A model generated the notes under the pieces. It did not search any database. It was not told the origin of the DNA and was given only the letters and a program-made list of their open reading frames with translations. From Takakia lepidozioides (lineage: Eukaryota; Plantae; Bryophyta), in assembly GCA_030704615.1 (NCBI GenBank), contig CM060733.1, positions 57,226,001 to 57,290,000 on the forward strand: DNA of 64,000 nucleotides. The letters are read 5' to 3'. Position numbers and translations under genes: made by a program. Position 1 is the stretch's first letter. The number at the start of each line of letters is the position of its first letter. Below are positions 49,701 through 64,000 of this stretch, in pieces.

Positions 49701-52019
49701 ACTACGGACAAACTGTGTATGGAAGATAAAGACTCGGACTGAAAAGACCATTCACTTCTCACGGTTCCACCTCCAAAAGAGGAGCAATGCTGCGGATGAA
49801 GAGGCTCATCTTTGTAGAGCCTAAAACTTATGATGTTCCACTGCTTGATTGTTTTTCAAATAAGTACAAACTCAAACACAGAGCACGCGTATCTGAGGGC
49901 GCCAGTCACCTAACCCATCGGTTGTACTTCTCGAACATGGAAGTTCCTTCTGCACTGTTGGTTTCCAAAAAGATGTGATCGAGATTGAATGCTTGCGATG
50001 GTGGGACTAGAAACATACCAAGTTACCACATTCATAAGTACCCATTGTACATAGTTCTTAACAGAGAATAATGCCAACAATATGATCTGTTATGGACTCA
50101 TCACTCGTCGATTTTGGCCGCTCTGAGGTCCAATCCTTCAAATGTGAACGATAATAGTTTCAGTCCTCTCCAGAACCCGGTACGAATGCGGTAATTACTT
50201 GCTATCAGTCTTCTCCAATGGACAATTTTGTAAAAAGCATTTCGGTGAGTGTGCAATGTAAGGGAAGATTCAGCTGGTTAATTTGCAGTCCCTATGTCCA
50301 GAACGAATCGGACGCTACATTTCTGACTCGAATGTCTCCCCGACAAGACACAAGTACACAGCACAATTTGCAATTTCTCAGGTACTCATCTCTCAATGCC
50401 TACTGCAAGCATGTTCCGCTTTGTGTGATAATATTCCTGGCTTCTTAATCGATACTGTGATCTTCCTACTACCGCATTTTTCTGTCAGATAATTAGATCG
50501 TATTGTTCAAACACATTGGTGGCTGTGTTGGACTGCTTGGCGGAGGTCTCTACTCCATTTAGAACGATTTTCAAAGGGTCGTAGCAATATGTTTGTTGGT
50601 CCATGTAGGTAGAAAGTGAAGCAGATGAAAGCTCAAATGTGAGTTCGATTGTCAACAGCTAAATTCCGTGTGCCCTGCTGTGTCTCCTCAACCTTTCTCT
50701 CAGCTGCCTTTGGGTTGAATCTGGCTTCACTCTGTCTTTTGTTCTCTTTCTTGTTTCTTGTTTTCCTTTTGTCCCGTAAGCTCTTGAAGGTTTCTGCGGA
50801 CGTTATAAAGTTCCATTACATTTTATTTCATTTCTCTCTTGCATGCAGCTCTCAGTGTGCAGTCGGTGATATTTTAAGGGCACCCAAAATTGTAAGGGCA
50901 CCCACCTCAGTGTGAAGTCCTTTTGGTTCCCCCCATAGTAAGAAGGTCATCGGTTGCCAGGTGGGACAACCCACAAAATCTCTCTTTCAACACTCTTCGT
51001 GGCAAGCCAAGATTTATGAACTGCAACAATGCAGCTTCCATGTGACTCTCTAAGACTCCAGATACCCATATCTCAAAATAAGTTCTTCTGTACCATATGC
51101 GTTTGTGGAAACGAAAACCTTCACTGTCAGACTCTGTCTGTATGCTTCCCATCTTTCTGGCCCTTTCTCCATCAACACTTGGTCCACAAGAGGTGTTTGC
51201 CTTACAGTTCAGCCCTTGATTGTTCCCTGCTCACAATGGAAGAGCACATGCAACCCTGGAACATCTGAAGGACCCAAGGAAGCATGCAGTGCACATTGCT
51301 CCATTGCCAGCAGAATTGTACGTCTCCCTCCTCAAACTGCAAACCAAGTCCTCGTACCCTAAACCCAATGCTCCTTGCTGTCATGTTAGGAGCATGATGG
51401 CACTGCTAATTTAGATCTCATAGGTAAATAGGACATGTGGGTGTGCTTGAAATACTTTCACACTCCCAAGTTCGGAAAGAGAGGGAATGTAGTCATCAAC
51501 CATTGTCTGCAAGAGAAGTGAATGTGGTCGTCCAATTGCAGAGAATTGAGTTCAGAGTTGCGCCCTGACATTGCAGACATGCTCTAGAGCATGAGCGGGT
51601 CGGCCAGAAGTGCTCCACTTGTCACAAGTGAATGTGGTTGGGGAGGCAGTAGCAGTGTTAAGGAAAGAGATAGAGGATAGAGAAAGAGAAAAGGGAGAGA
51701 CTCTGTGCGCTACCATTGGAGTTTGCAGATTTCCTCTAGAAAGTGCTTCATACAAGCATCAATCTGCTGTGTGTGATCTGCCCAAGTTAGACCCCAACAG
51801 GGCCAGGGCCCTTGAGATTTTGGAAGTTGGTGAACAGAGGTGCAGGGACTATGTTCACCTGACGAGGGTCGCTCTCTGATTAGAATACCCCAGACAGTGT
51901 ATCAGAAGATGGATATTGTCTTCAGGCAGCCTGTGAATCAGGCATTGGCAACCTCCCTTTCTTCTCTGCATCTATTTATTGTTCAAAGGTGGCCTCCCCA
52001 TCCTGAGTTACAATTAGTC

Positions 52020-53020
52020 TAGTGCCGAGGGTAGGTAGGCCCTTCAGGTCATCCTTAAGGTCCTTACCCATATCACAGACTGGAAACAAGTTCATGGAAG
52101 TTTTGTGCCTAATTTCATATCGTGTCCTGGTGGAAAAGGGGAGAGGAGATTTTCAAGTACCTGAATATTAGGCAGGAAGAACTGACCCTGCTAGATGAAG
52201 CTGAGTTGGAGTCTGAAGTGTCTAAGGCTATGTCAGAAGCACAAAGAACATCAGGATGGTCTTGCTTCCAATCTTAATCTTCCTAGGGTATCTGGTATTA
52301 GGCATGCGATTCAACTGACCCTTTCATGAACTCATCATGTCGAGAGCTCAAGGGCGGGTACACCAAACTCACTCCAAACAGCCATGTAGCTGTTCTAGAG
52401 CACGCTGACATGCTCTCTTTCAGCACCAAGAGCTGAATGGATTTGATATTTTAGCAGGGTTGAAGGTGTCTTCCCACACGGCAGATGCGTACCCCAAGGT
52501 ATGCCCGATCATTCAAGCTCAAAGGCATGAATTCTGCAAAGCATGGTCCTTTTAACTTCGGAATTAATCCCTCCCGGTGGGAAAATGGAGTGAGACCCAA
52601 AGCTTTCGTTTAGCTGCTTGAACCACTTTTTGTGTATGTGCATCTCAGTTACAACTGGAGGAGAACTCAACACCAAGGTATGTGAGCACAGGGATGTCTT
52701 TTTGGCCCACATCCATTGGAGATCCCCTCCTCCCTCCCCACAATTATTACCAACATTGGCTTCTAGGCTCCACAGGTTACAGTACCTCTGCGCACAATCA
52801 ACCAACTCCTGAAGATTGGATGGCGTATCCCTAGGCTCCCCAAAGTCATCCACAAACATTGAAGGCTGGTATGCTGCCATCACCCACCTTGAACCCAAAT
52901 CCCTCACTTTCCACGTCTTCAAGGAGCTGGTTTATGATAACATTGAAGAGCATTGAGGAGAGGGTACAACCTTGAGCTACACCTTGATCAATGTCAAAGA
53001 AATTAGACTTCTGGCCGTCA
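52020..53020 (-). mobile_element. Degenerate LINE RT remnant, same family as 24.6-25.9 kb
   Basis: QGVAQGCTLSSMLFNV, MFVDDFG, GINSEVKRTMLCR; nucleotide similarity to 24880-25750 (e.g. cacagactggaaacaagttca). Confidence 0.8.
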
Positions 53021-54129
53021 ACAACTTTTTGAAAGTGCTGAAGGAGCTTGGCAAGGAAAGGCTACCATGTATGCCACACTTCCTTCAAGGCTCTTGTTTG
53101 ACCAGTCTTCTAAGTAGGGTGAGAAAAGTTCATTGGCATTTCTATCCCATACTATTCGCTTGGGCTCCAGATAGAGCCAAGAGTGACTGCTAGGACTTTA
53201 GTTGGCAGTTACACTAGCACTCCACAATAAGACGGTCACAGTGGGAAATTGCCAAAGTTTAGATATCCTTGGAGTTTCTAGCAACAAGGTGAAGCGTTGA
53301 GCATATAACAGCACTGGCACGAGATCTCAAAATCTCCCTCAAAATAACAGGCTTGACAAACTGTGGCTTTCTCCATGTAGACCATGAAAGAGTTTGTTAC
53401 AGAGGCCATTTTACTGACTCTGGCATGTATGGACTGGATTGTACCTCCACTTGAGTTCAGCTACAATTTATGCTGTTCTGCATGAGCTGCAATAGCACCT
53501 CTTACTATTCGTATCATATGTGGTCCCTCCTAAGCTATCAACCATTTGGCCCAAGGTTTTTCCATGCTGTTTGCAAGATGCTTAGGAGTTCAGGGTCGGG
53601 GCTTGGTTTTTTGGCTGTGGTGATAATACAGCTGCTCAGCTGCACCCTTGCAGTTTTCAGAGAGAAACCTGAGATCACCAGATGTCAGACCTATGCGGCA
53701 CACAACAAAAGATGTGTTCAAACATGGGCTGTGGAGGAAGATGAGCCGGACTTGCATTGAGCCTGGTCTCGGCAGCCTTGTCCTCCACAAGCTCCTTTAG
53801 CATCCCCACTGTTGGGCGCATTTGTATGCTCTTCATTGTGTTCTTCAGATAGATCCAAGAGTAACTTGCAGGGAAGTTACTTGCCAATAGAAGGAGATTA
53901 TGTTCTTGGTGCTTCTGGCATGCAATTCAACCATTGAGCATAGAGGTACCATCAGTGTTGTGGTGTAGTTGTCCTGAGGAAGGCTTGAATGTGCATGACC
54001 CTGTTGTTTGCAAGTTGCTTCAGAGGTTGATGATCGGCTTGATCTGGGGAAGCTGTGATGCACACATGCAGGATTCTTCACACTGGAGGTTTTCACAAGA
54101 TTTCCAGACTTTAAAAAATAAGCAGCGCC

Positions 54130-54436
54130 GACAGGAGGCCCTTTGGATAGAGGACTGGGAAGGTGGTAAACCAAATTGAGAAAATCCATGCAGAGCTCGG
54201 GGACAGGGGGTACCTGCCTGACACGCACTTAGTATTGCATGATGTGCAGGAGCAACATGAGTTTTGTTTTTTGCCACAGATGGTGGCCATTGCTATTGGG
54301 CTCATCACTGTGACATCTCTCCATGTCATCCAGAACCTTCAGGCGCCAAAGAGATTCCTGGCAAGCAACTGTTGGACATTGCCAACAACTTTGAACCCTT
54401 CAAAGTGGTGTTTGTACTTGTGGGTATTTCTGGTGA
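54130..54436 (+). pseudogene. Heavily decayed DYW-domain remnant of another PPR-DYW gene
   Basis: EKIHAELGDRGYLPDTHLVLHDVQEQHEF...AIAIGLI...LHVIQNLQ, and terminal QSGVCTCGYFW*. HxE and CxxC are lost. Confidence 0.75.
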
Positions 54437-55858
54437 ACCGAGCACATGCATGAAAGAAAGTGTGCCGGTTGAAATTTGAGAGTGGGAAGGTCACGGTTGG
54501 TCATATTGTCTTCCTAGGTCTCCAGTCTTGATTCTCTAATTCGCCTTTTAAAGTGTATACTACAGTGTCTTAGCTCTTCAAATTCTCTTTCATCAATGTC
54601 TCTGCACAAATTCCTGTGGTCAACATTACAATATTCCAGCACTGACAACCTTTAACCAATTTTATAGTCTGTCGGTTGCTGGTTTATGAATGTGGCAAGT
54701 CTAGTTGGAACTAGTTTTGCACATTGATGATTAGGACCAACAGCTCAGATCTAAGAACAGAAAACTTGCAGCCTGATCATGAGAACTCAATTCTACTTTC
54801 CTATCTATTGTGTGAGAGGTAGATCAAAAAGGCAGGCGGTTAGTGAAGCTTGCCTGTCGGTCAGGGTGCAGGAGGCCCCTAAACTTGGGTTAGAGATATC
54901 AGCCCATAATTCTGGAGAAGGCTACTCTCAAGCCAGTTTTAAGCTCACACTCGTGTTTGTTTCGGAGGCAAGCATGCACAGTATATTGTTTTAGTCAGGT
55001 GATGGGTTCATTTCGACGTCCCAGTCATATTAGTTACTTTCTTGAGAAATATGCAGATAAGCCCTGGAAAGGTTTCTTGGTTTGGATGCACTTGTTTGCT
55101 GCTCTATCAACCTGATGAATGGTGCACAATATGACATTTAGGGGGAATGGGTAAGCAGGCTCATGTTTGCAATGGTATGTATACAAGGATCTTCTGTTGC
55201 AATTGTTGCAAGGTAAAGAGTGGCCATTTTGTTTTAGGTTGCCTTTTGCACATGGCTGATACTGGAAAGTGTCAGAAGAGTATGTGGGGTTAGCTGTGGA
55301 GGGTGTTAGACAGGACTGTGTTCCATATCAGATTTAGGGCCGTTTTACTTGGAATCATGGGTTGTTGCGTGAAATGTGTGAATGGGGTGTGTCCACAATG
55401 CATTCAAGGCAATTGTCCAGGTCAGGATTCCTAAGTCCTAATTCCTTAGGAATCCTGATCTGGATAAGCCAAATAAGCCAACTAGTCAGATAAGCCATGT
55501 CCTGTCACTGGACACAAAGTTCTTCAACATATGCACATGAACTGTGTGTACTTCGTTGTTTGTTGACTTAGTCTTATGTCGAATAACAGAAGCGAGGTTT
55601 GGCGAGGTTTGGCAGTTTCACACTGAAGTAGTCATCCAAGTGGGAGGTCTGTCCATTGTAGTACACCTATGCTTAGTTTTTGTCTCAGTGTTGTCTGTAG
55701 CTGGGACATGTTTGTGAGGCTTTCAGGCCAATTGTCACTGCTCCTGTTTTTAACAGCTCCCATTTCAGTATCTTGTTTCTCGGCTACCTGCCTGCTCTGC
55801 TACAAGTAAAACTGTGTCTGCAGAAATCTTCCACTCTAATGCTTGTCCTCAACATCAG

Positions 55859-55990
55859 GTGCACAAAAATTCAAGACTGCGTTTGAGGAGGCCCAGGAAA
55901 AGGTGTCTGAGAAGTCAAAGGAGCATGATGAGACTGCAGACTCAGCTGCGAAACTTCTCAAAAACTTGAAGGTGGAGGAGAAAGCAAAGA
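55859..55990 (+). pseudogene. Orphan 3' exon resembling the RanBP1 C-terminus
   Basis: cag acceptor, then AQKFKTAFEEAQEK...ADSAAKLLKNLKVEEK. No upstream RanBD exons recognised. Confidence 0.6.
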
Positions 55991-56959
55991 GGCTGCTGAT
56001 GTCACTAGAGCAGAACTCCAATGAGCTTACTGTTCTAGTGGGTATTAACCTGTAGAGTAGAGTGGGCATTAACCTGTGTGTCATAAGGAAGAACAAGATA
56101 ATGTATCATGCTCTCGATAGTGCATGATGCATGGAGATTTTTACCCTATCGAACAAGTTGAGTAGGTTCTTTTGGAGGTTCTCTTTATCTGTACCAGAGT
56201 CAAAGTCTGACGCTATTTAGTAAGTCCTGGCCTGTTTGGGATCTGTTGCTCATTCCATGAGACTGCATCTTTCCAGGAGTATTGGTTGGTGGTGCACGTC
56301 CTTGCGATGGTCAATGTCTGCTTGGATGCATGTCGTTCTCATGAGTAGTAAATCTCCCTCTAGATGCCGCGGTTGTGTTGCCATACATCGCGTGGGATAC
56401 CACACCCTCTTAGTTGGGTAACAATTGTACTATGAACATTGGTGGCAGTCGGAGTGAATGCATGGTGTTGGCCAAGCTGGTCAGAAATACCACCATGGTC
56501 CATTGCTATACTAGTATGTCCCAGAGGACCTGGGAGACATGAGTGTACTGGTTTAAGGGTTGAGGGAGAGATGAGTGCAATGTTTGAGAGCACATGCAGC
56601 GGTGTTGTGGCCCTCAACTCTGTGGAAGCAATGATTTCCGAAAGACCTGTCTGTAGTTCTACTAACATTTGAATGCTGAGGATAACCATGTTCATGCGCT
56701 TTACGTGAAAGTAGGGGAAGAAACCGCATTTTAGTGCTTTGCTGGACTGGAATTTGGTGGCCGATAGATGTAGCATGTCCACAGCAAAGGAGAGGATGTC
56801 TTCCAAAATGCAAAATTGTTTGTTAGTCTGGCCTCCAGCACACAATTGTTACTACATCCAGAGAATAACCTGTCCACTTGAGCTGATTGAAAACAATCTG
56901 TCTAGTATAGGATTGGTTTGTGCAAGAGGAATAGTCAAATCTCAAATTTCTGAGAAATG

Positions 56960-57557
56960 CAGAAGCAGTATCATTACAACATTGGGTTGCAAAATGGCCT
57001 TCCTTGCCACAGTTGTAGCACTGCCTACTGCTGCCTCCAACTCCACAACCACCTCAATGGATTCTCCCATTTCTATCCTCTCGAAATCCCCCATTGTAGC
57101 CACCTACACCATCTCCATATCGAGCCTGTTCCCCACCCAAGCTTGCCTCTGCCTGAGTTCCTGCACCTCCACAAAAATCAGGTGTCACAGAAAAATGTGA
57201 TGTGCCTGCAATGCTTCCACTCCAACTCATCACAATGCATCCATGGATGGCTTCCCCTCTGGCAAGCTTGCCTATCCAATGTAACATTAGCTTACTCTCC
57301 TTGACCCAGTCAACAGCCTCTGATCCAACCACAGTCAACTTTGTCCGCTGTTCATCATTGTAGATCTCTCCTTCAGCTTGAACACATGGTGGGTAAACAA
57401 CAGCCTCTGGATGGTCTAATTGAACTTGGGTTTTGCTCTTGATTCCAAACAGAAAGCTCCTTGGCAAGATGCTGAGTGATTTCAGCCCCTGCCTCCTGAA
57501 AGGCAGTGACCCATATCATACCTGTATGATCTTGCATTAGAAAATTTAAAACATACC
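56960..57557 (-). pseudogene. RPA1 (RPA70C-type) last-exon fragment: DBD-C end, Gly-rich linker and CCHC knuckle
   Basis: YVLNFLMQDHTGMIWVTAFQEAGAEI...EIYNDEQRTKLTVV...DWVKESKLML; GGYNGG...CYNCGKEGHFATQC. Contains frameshifts and a stop. Confidence 0.8.
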
Positions 57558-58472
57558 TGTCACCACAAAATGTTGAAATGATCCAAACAATCAGTACAGC
57601 GCAAAAACCATGACACAGCTATAAAACACATTGTCACTACGTACACTGGACACCATTATGCGGGTAAGTGTCAAAGGGTTAGACAGACACTCACAACTAA
57701 CATCTCAGCACATAGTGCCCCTCTGGACAAATGAAAGCCCGGCTAGTAGATATTATCTTTTGATTCATGGCTGGAAAATCTGCACATGCACATAGCAAGG
57801 TGGTGCTGTTTGAAGAACAAGAATCCACAGCAGTGAAGTTCATGGCCTACCACGTTAATAATTTGCTGAAACATCTTGTGAAGATCAATTTGATTACAAG
57901 TGCGGAGATTGCCATCACATTATGCTGAACTACAACAACCTGACTGACCAAGTTGAATTGAGCTTTCATATGTGTTCAGAAAAGTCAGGTCTAGTTGTTC
58001 TCATCACACATTATTTTATTTTATTTTTTATCATCACACATAAGGTGACTGTATATAAGGAGAGAGAAGAGGGAGAATAAACGAATAAACCCATTAAATG
58101 ATACAATTCCGCCGTCGCCACGTCATCACCGTCGCCACGTCACCTAACCTAAACCTAAATGCGGAAAGGGAAGCACGAGAACGAAGCTTGTCTGCCAAGT
58201 TTGCCGTTCCTCTCTCGGATGCTGTGATTTCTGTCGTGCCTCGACGTGCTGCTTGCTATCAACTATCAACACAAACAAAGAGCAACAACTTGGTCCATCC
58301 CCGAGTTCTTTTGACAGATTTGGAGCACTTGTGAGGCGTCCATCATATTCCAGTCCTTGCAGGCTACTTGGAGTTTATTAGGGTTTGGAATGTACGTTCC
58401 TTAAAGTCTTAGGATCGTTTAGTTTCCGCTGAAGCGGCAAGGGCGGTGAAAGAGCAAGAAGGAGGTTTGGAG

Positions 58473-61965
<3,493 letters not shown>

Positions 61966-62579
61966 TGTGGCAATTTAGGCTTCTGTCTGAATGTCAAAAG
62001 GCCACTTTACGAAGACCTATAAATTGGGTCAGCACATGACCTCTTGTCTTTGTTTGCCTCCGTCAATGTGTAATAATTTGTAACGGTAGCCTTTAAGAGA
62101 TCCAAGCAAGAAAAGGTTGGGCGCAGTTTACAAGGAGCACCTGAGAGCATTGTACATAGTCCTCTGTAAATCAAAGTAGGCCACTAAGACCTCCGCCGGA
62201 AAAACATAGTGCGGACAAAAGTATCCTTTTAGATATGGGGTGTTCTTGCGAGTGCAGTGACAGTATTTTCCATGAGTGCTTAGTGCTTGAGGGGAGATGA
62301 ACAAAATTCGTGCAAATTAGTTCACTGTTTTTTCTTTTGAAAGGGAAATATCTGGTAGTGACAGCTCACAAATCAGGCCCCTTGATAGTGAGAGGAGAAA
62401 ATAACCTCTTTCACAGGAACCTTGCGTTGAAGGCTTTCGCATGGGACGCCACCCAAGGGAATGGAGAGAAGAACATATCACACCCATCAAGGTAGCACCC
62501 AGAATTTGACCCCAGAATCGACTGGGTGACACTCAGTGCACTATCCAACTGCACTATCCAACTGACTGTTGGTTTAGTT

Positions 62580-63221
62580 CAGTGTTGGACTGGTATCACG
62601 AAAATATGATACCAGATTGGTTCTGGTATCACAAGGGCCCACATTTCCCAATACTCGTATGGTCCTGGTATTAGGGTAAGGGGGCCGGGTAGGGTACAGG
62701 AAGGTATCAATAGCGTAAAATTGTGGATGTATATCAATATGGTATCAATATTTGTTTTTTTCCATCTCATATGGGGGAATATGAGTATTGCTCCGGGTAT
62801 GTATATGAAATATTTAATATATTCAAGACAATATTCAATAAAGATTTGACCTTCATAATGGATCACAATTCCAGTACAATGTACATATAAAAATACATTA
62901 CACACGCAAAAATACACCATATCATACCTGTATTTTTTCACATTGCACATTGAGTATAAAGTAGATGTCATAAATGCCCTTGAATTCCCTGGCATTAACT
63001 TCACACATACACCTATTGTGCCTTTGGAGGCTCACGTTGATATTGGTATCAATACCAATCAATATCAACACCAATCTTGTCCATGCAATACCAGATGGGT
63101 ATGGTATATACGTATATACCATACTGTGGAGCAAGGTATGTATGGCCCCTAGTATGGTATTGTCTGGGTATTGGCCACCCTGTGTTCCAGCCGTCCGATT
63201 GATATCACCGGTCCAACACTG
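62580..63221. mobile_element. hAT-type MITE, 642 bp
   Basis: TIR CAGTGTTGGAC...GTCCAACACTG. Perfect 8-bp TSD GTTTAGTT (62572-62579, 63222-63229). Many ggtatc/atacc subterminal motifs. Non-coding. Confidence 0.92.
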
Positions 63222-64000
63222 GTTTAGTTCCTATTTTTCACGATTCACTGCAATTTGTTAGATCACTGTTTCCAGGGCTACCTCCCCTTTCAGGAAGAAA
63301 AACCTAAAATCACAAAAGCATCTCACCAAAAAGGCATCTTGTACCATACTAGGGCAACCCTAGATCTATTCCATAAAAACACTTCCATTGCTTCCTATTT
63401 ACGAATATTACTTAACGAAAATATTAGTTTCTCGAATAAAATGTTTTGGTAATAATAATAATTCTGGTAATAAAGGAAAGCTGACAAAAATAACAGTGAA
63501 TTGTTTTTTTCTTAAAGAGTGAATTAGGAATAAAATAATTAAACCCGCACATCCATCCTTTCTTGGATGACGTCCTAGTGGATGAATGATGGATGAGAGG
63601 ACCCCTCGTGGCTGGACTCTCGTCAACGACGTTTCCTGCGGGCGTAGGAGACGGTTCATCCACTGCGGATGCAGTCCCGCATTCATGACCCCATTACCGC
63701 GCGAACCCCAGCAACCGACAACCCACGACAGCCCGTACCCCAGGGTCAGGCCCGATAACCACACGCCTGCGTCCGCCCCGCTGACCGGTCATCACATGTC
63801 GACTGCCAGCCTGCCAGCACAGGCAAGCCGGTGAGTATCGCCCGATGTTTCGGGCAGTTGTCAGCGCCAGTCTGTTTGCAGTTTCGCCACAATCAGCGGG
63901 CTTGCCCCTGCCAAGGCGCATGCGCCTGGCGAAACCTGGCGATTCCATCATTACTGTGCCAGTCAACCTCCTGGTCAATCCAGCTCCCGACAATCCAGGT

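Noticed and set aside
46800-52000. Decayed coding-like, probably TE-derived sequence
   Set aside because: No diagnostic transposase or RT motif, TIR pair or TSD that I could confirm.
56230-56700. 161-aa minus-strand ORF between the RanBP1-like and RPA1 fragments
   Set aside because: Could be another captured fragment, but I cannot assign it.

Overview
Eukaryotic nuclear DNA with GT-AG introns, from a land plant. The PLS-DYW PPR genes plus an enkurin-domain flagellar gene suggest a seed-free plant with motile sperm; a hornwort is my guess, by inference only. Intact-looking genes: a secreted LRR protein (1059-1916,+), an enkurin-domain gene (~22.8-29.3 kb,-), cereblon (35340-40766,-) and proteasome ATPase RPT4 (58473-61965,+). 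The first 21 kb is a nested accessory region with four parts. (1) A pseudogenised PLS-PPR-E-DYW RNA-editing gene whose N-terminus is built from OSB-type PDF (WWDNR...PDFK...LW...P.WV) motifs. (2) A 6.8-kb non-autonomous CACTA element (8700-15545; CACTA TIRs, TGC TSD) packed with scrambled copies of the same PDF/PPR modules and an RNF14-like exon. (3) A Ty3/Gypsy element whose pol reading frame is split exactly by that CACTA. (4) A rearranged C5 DNA-methyltransferase remnant that the Gypsy LTR interrupts. LINE remnants, a second DYW remnant, orphan RanBP1 and RPA1 exons and a hAT MITE lie elsewhere. All calls come from motif reading by eye; no database searches were run.
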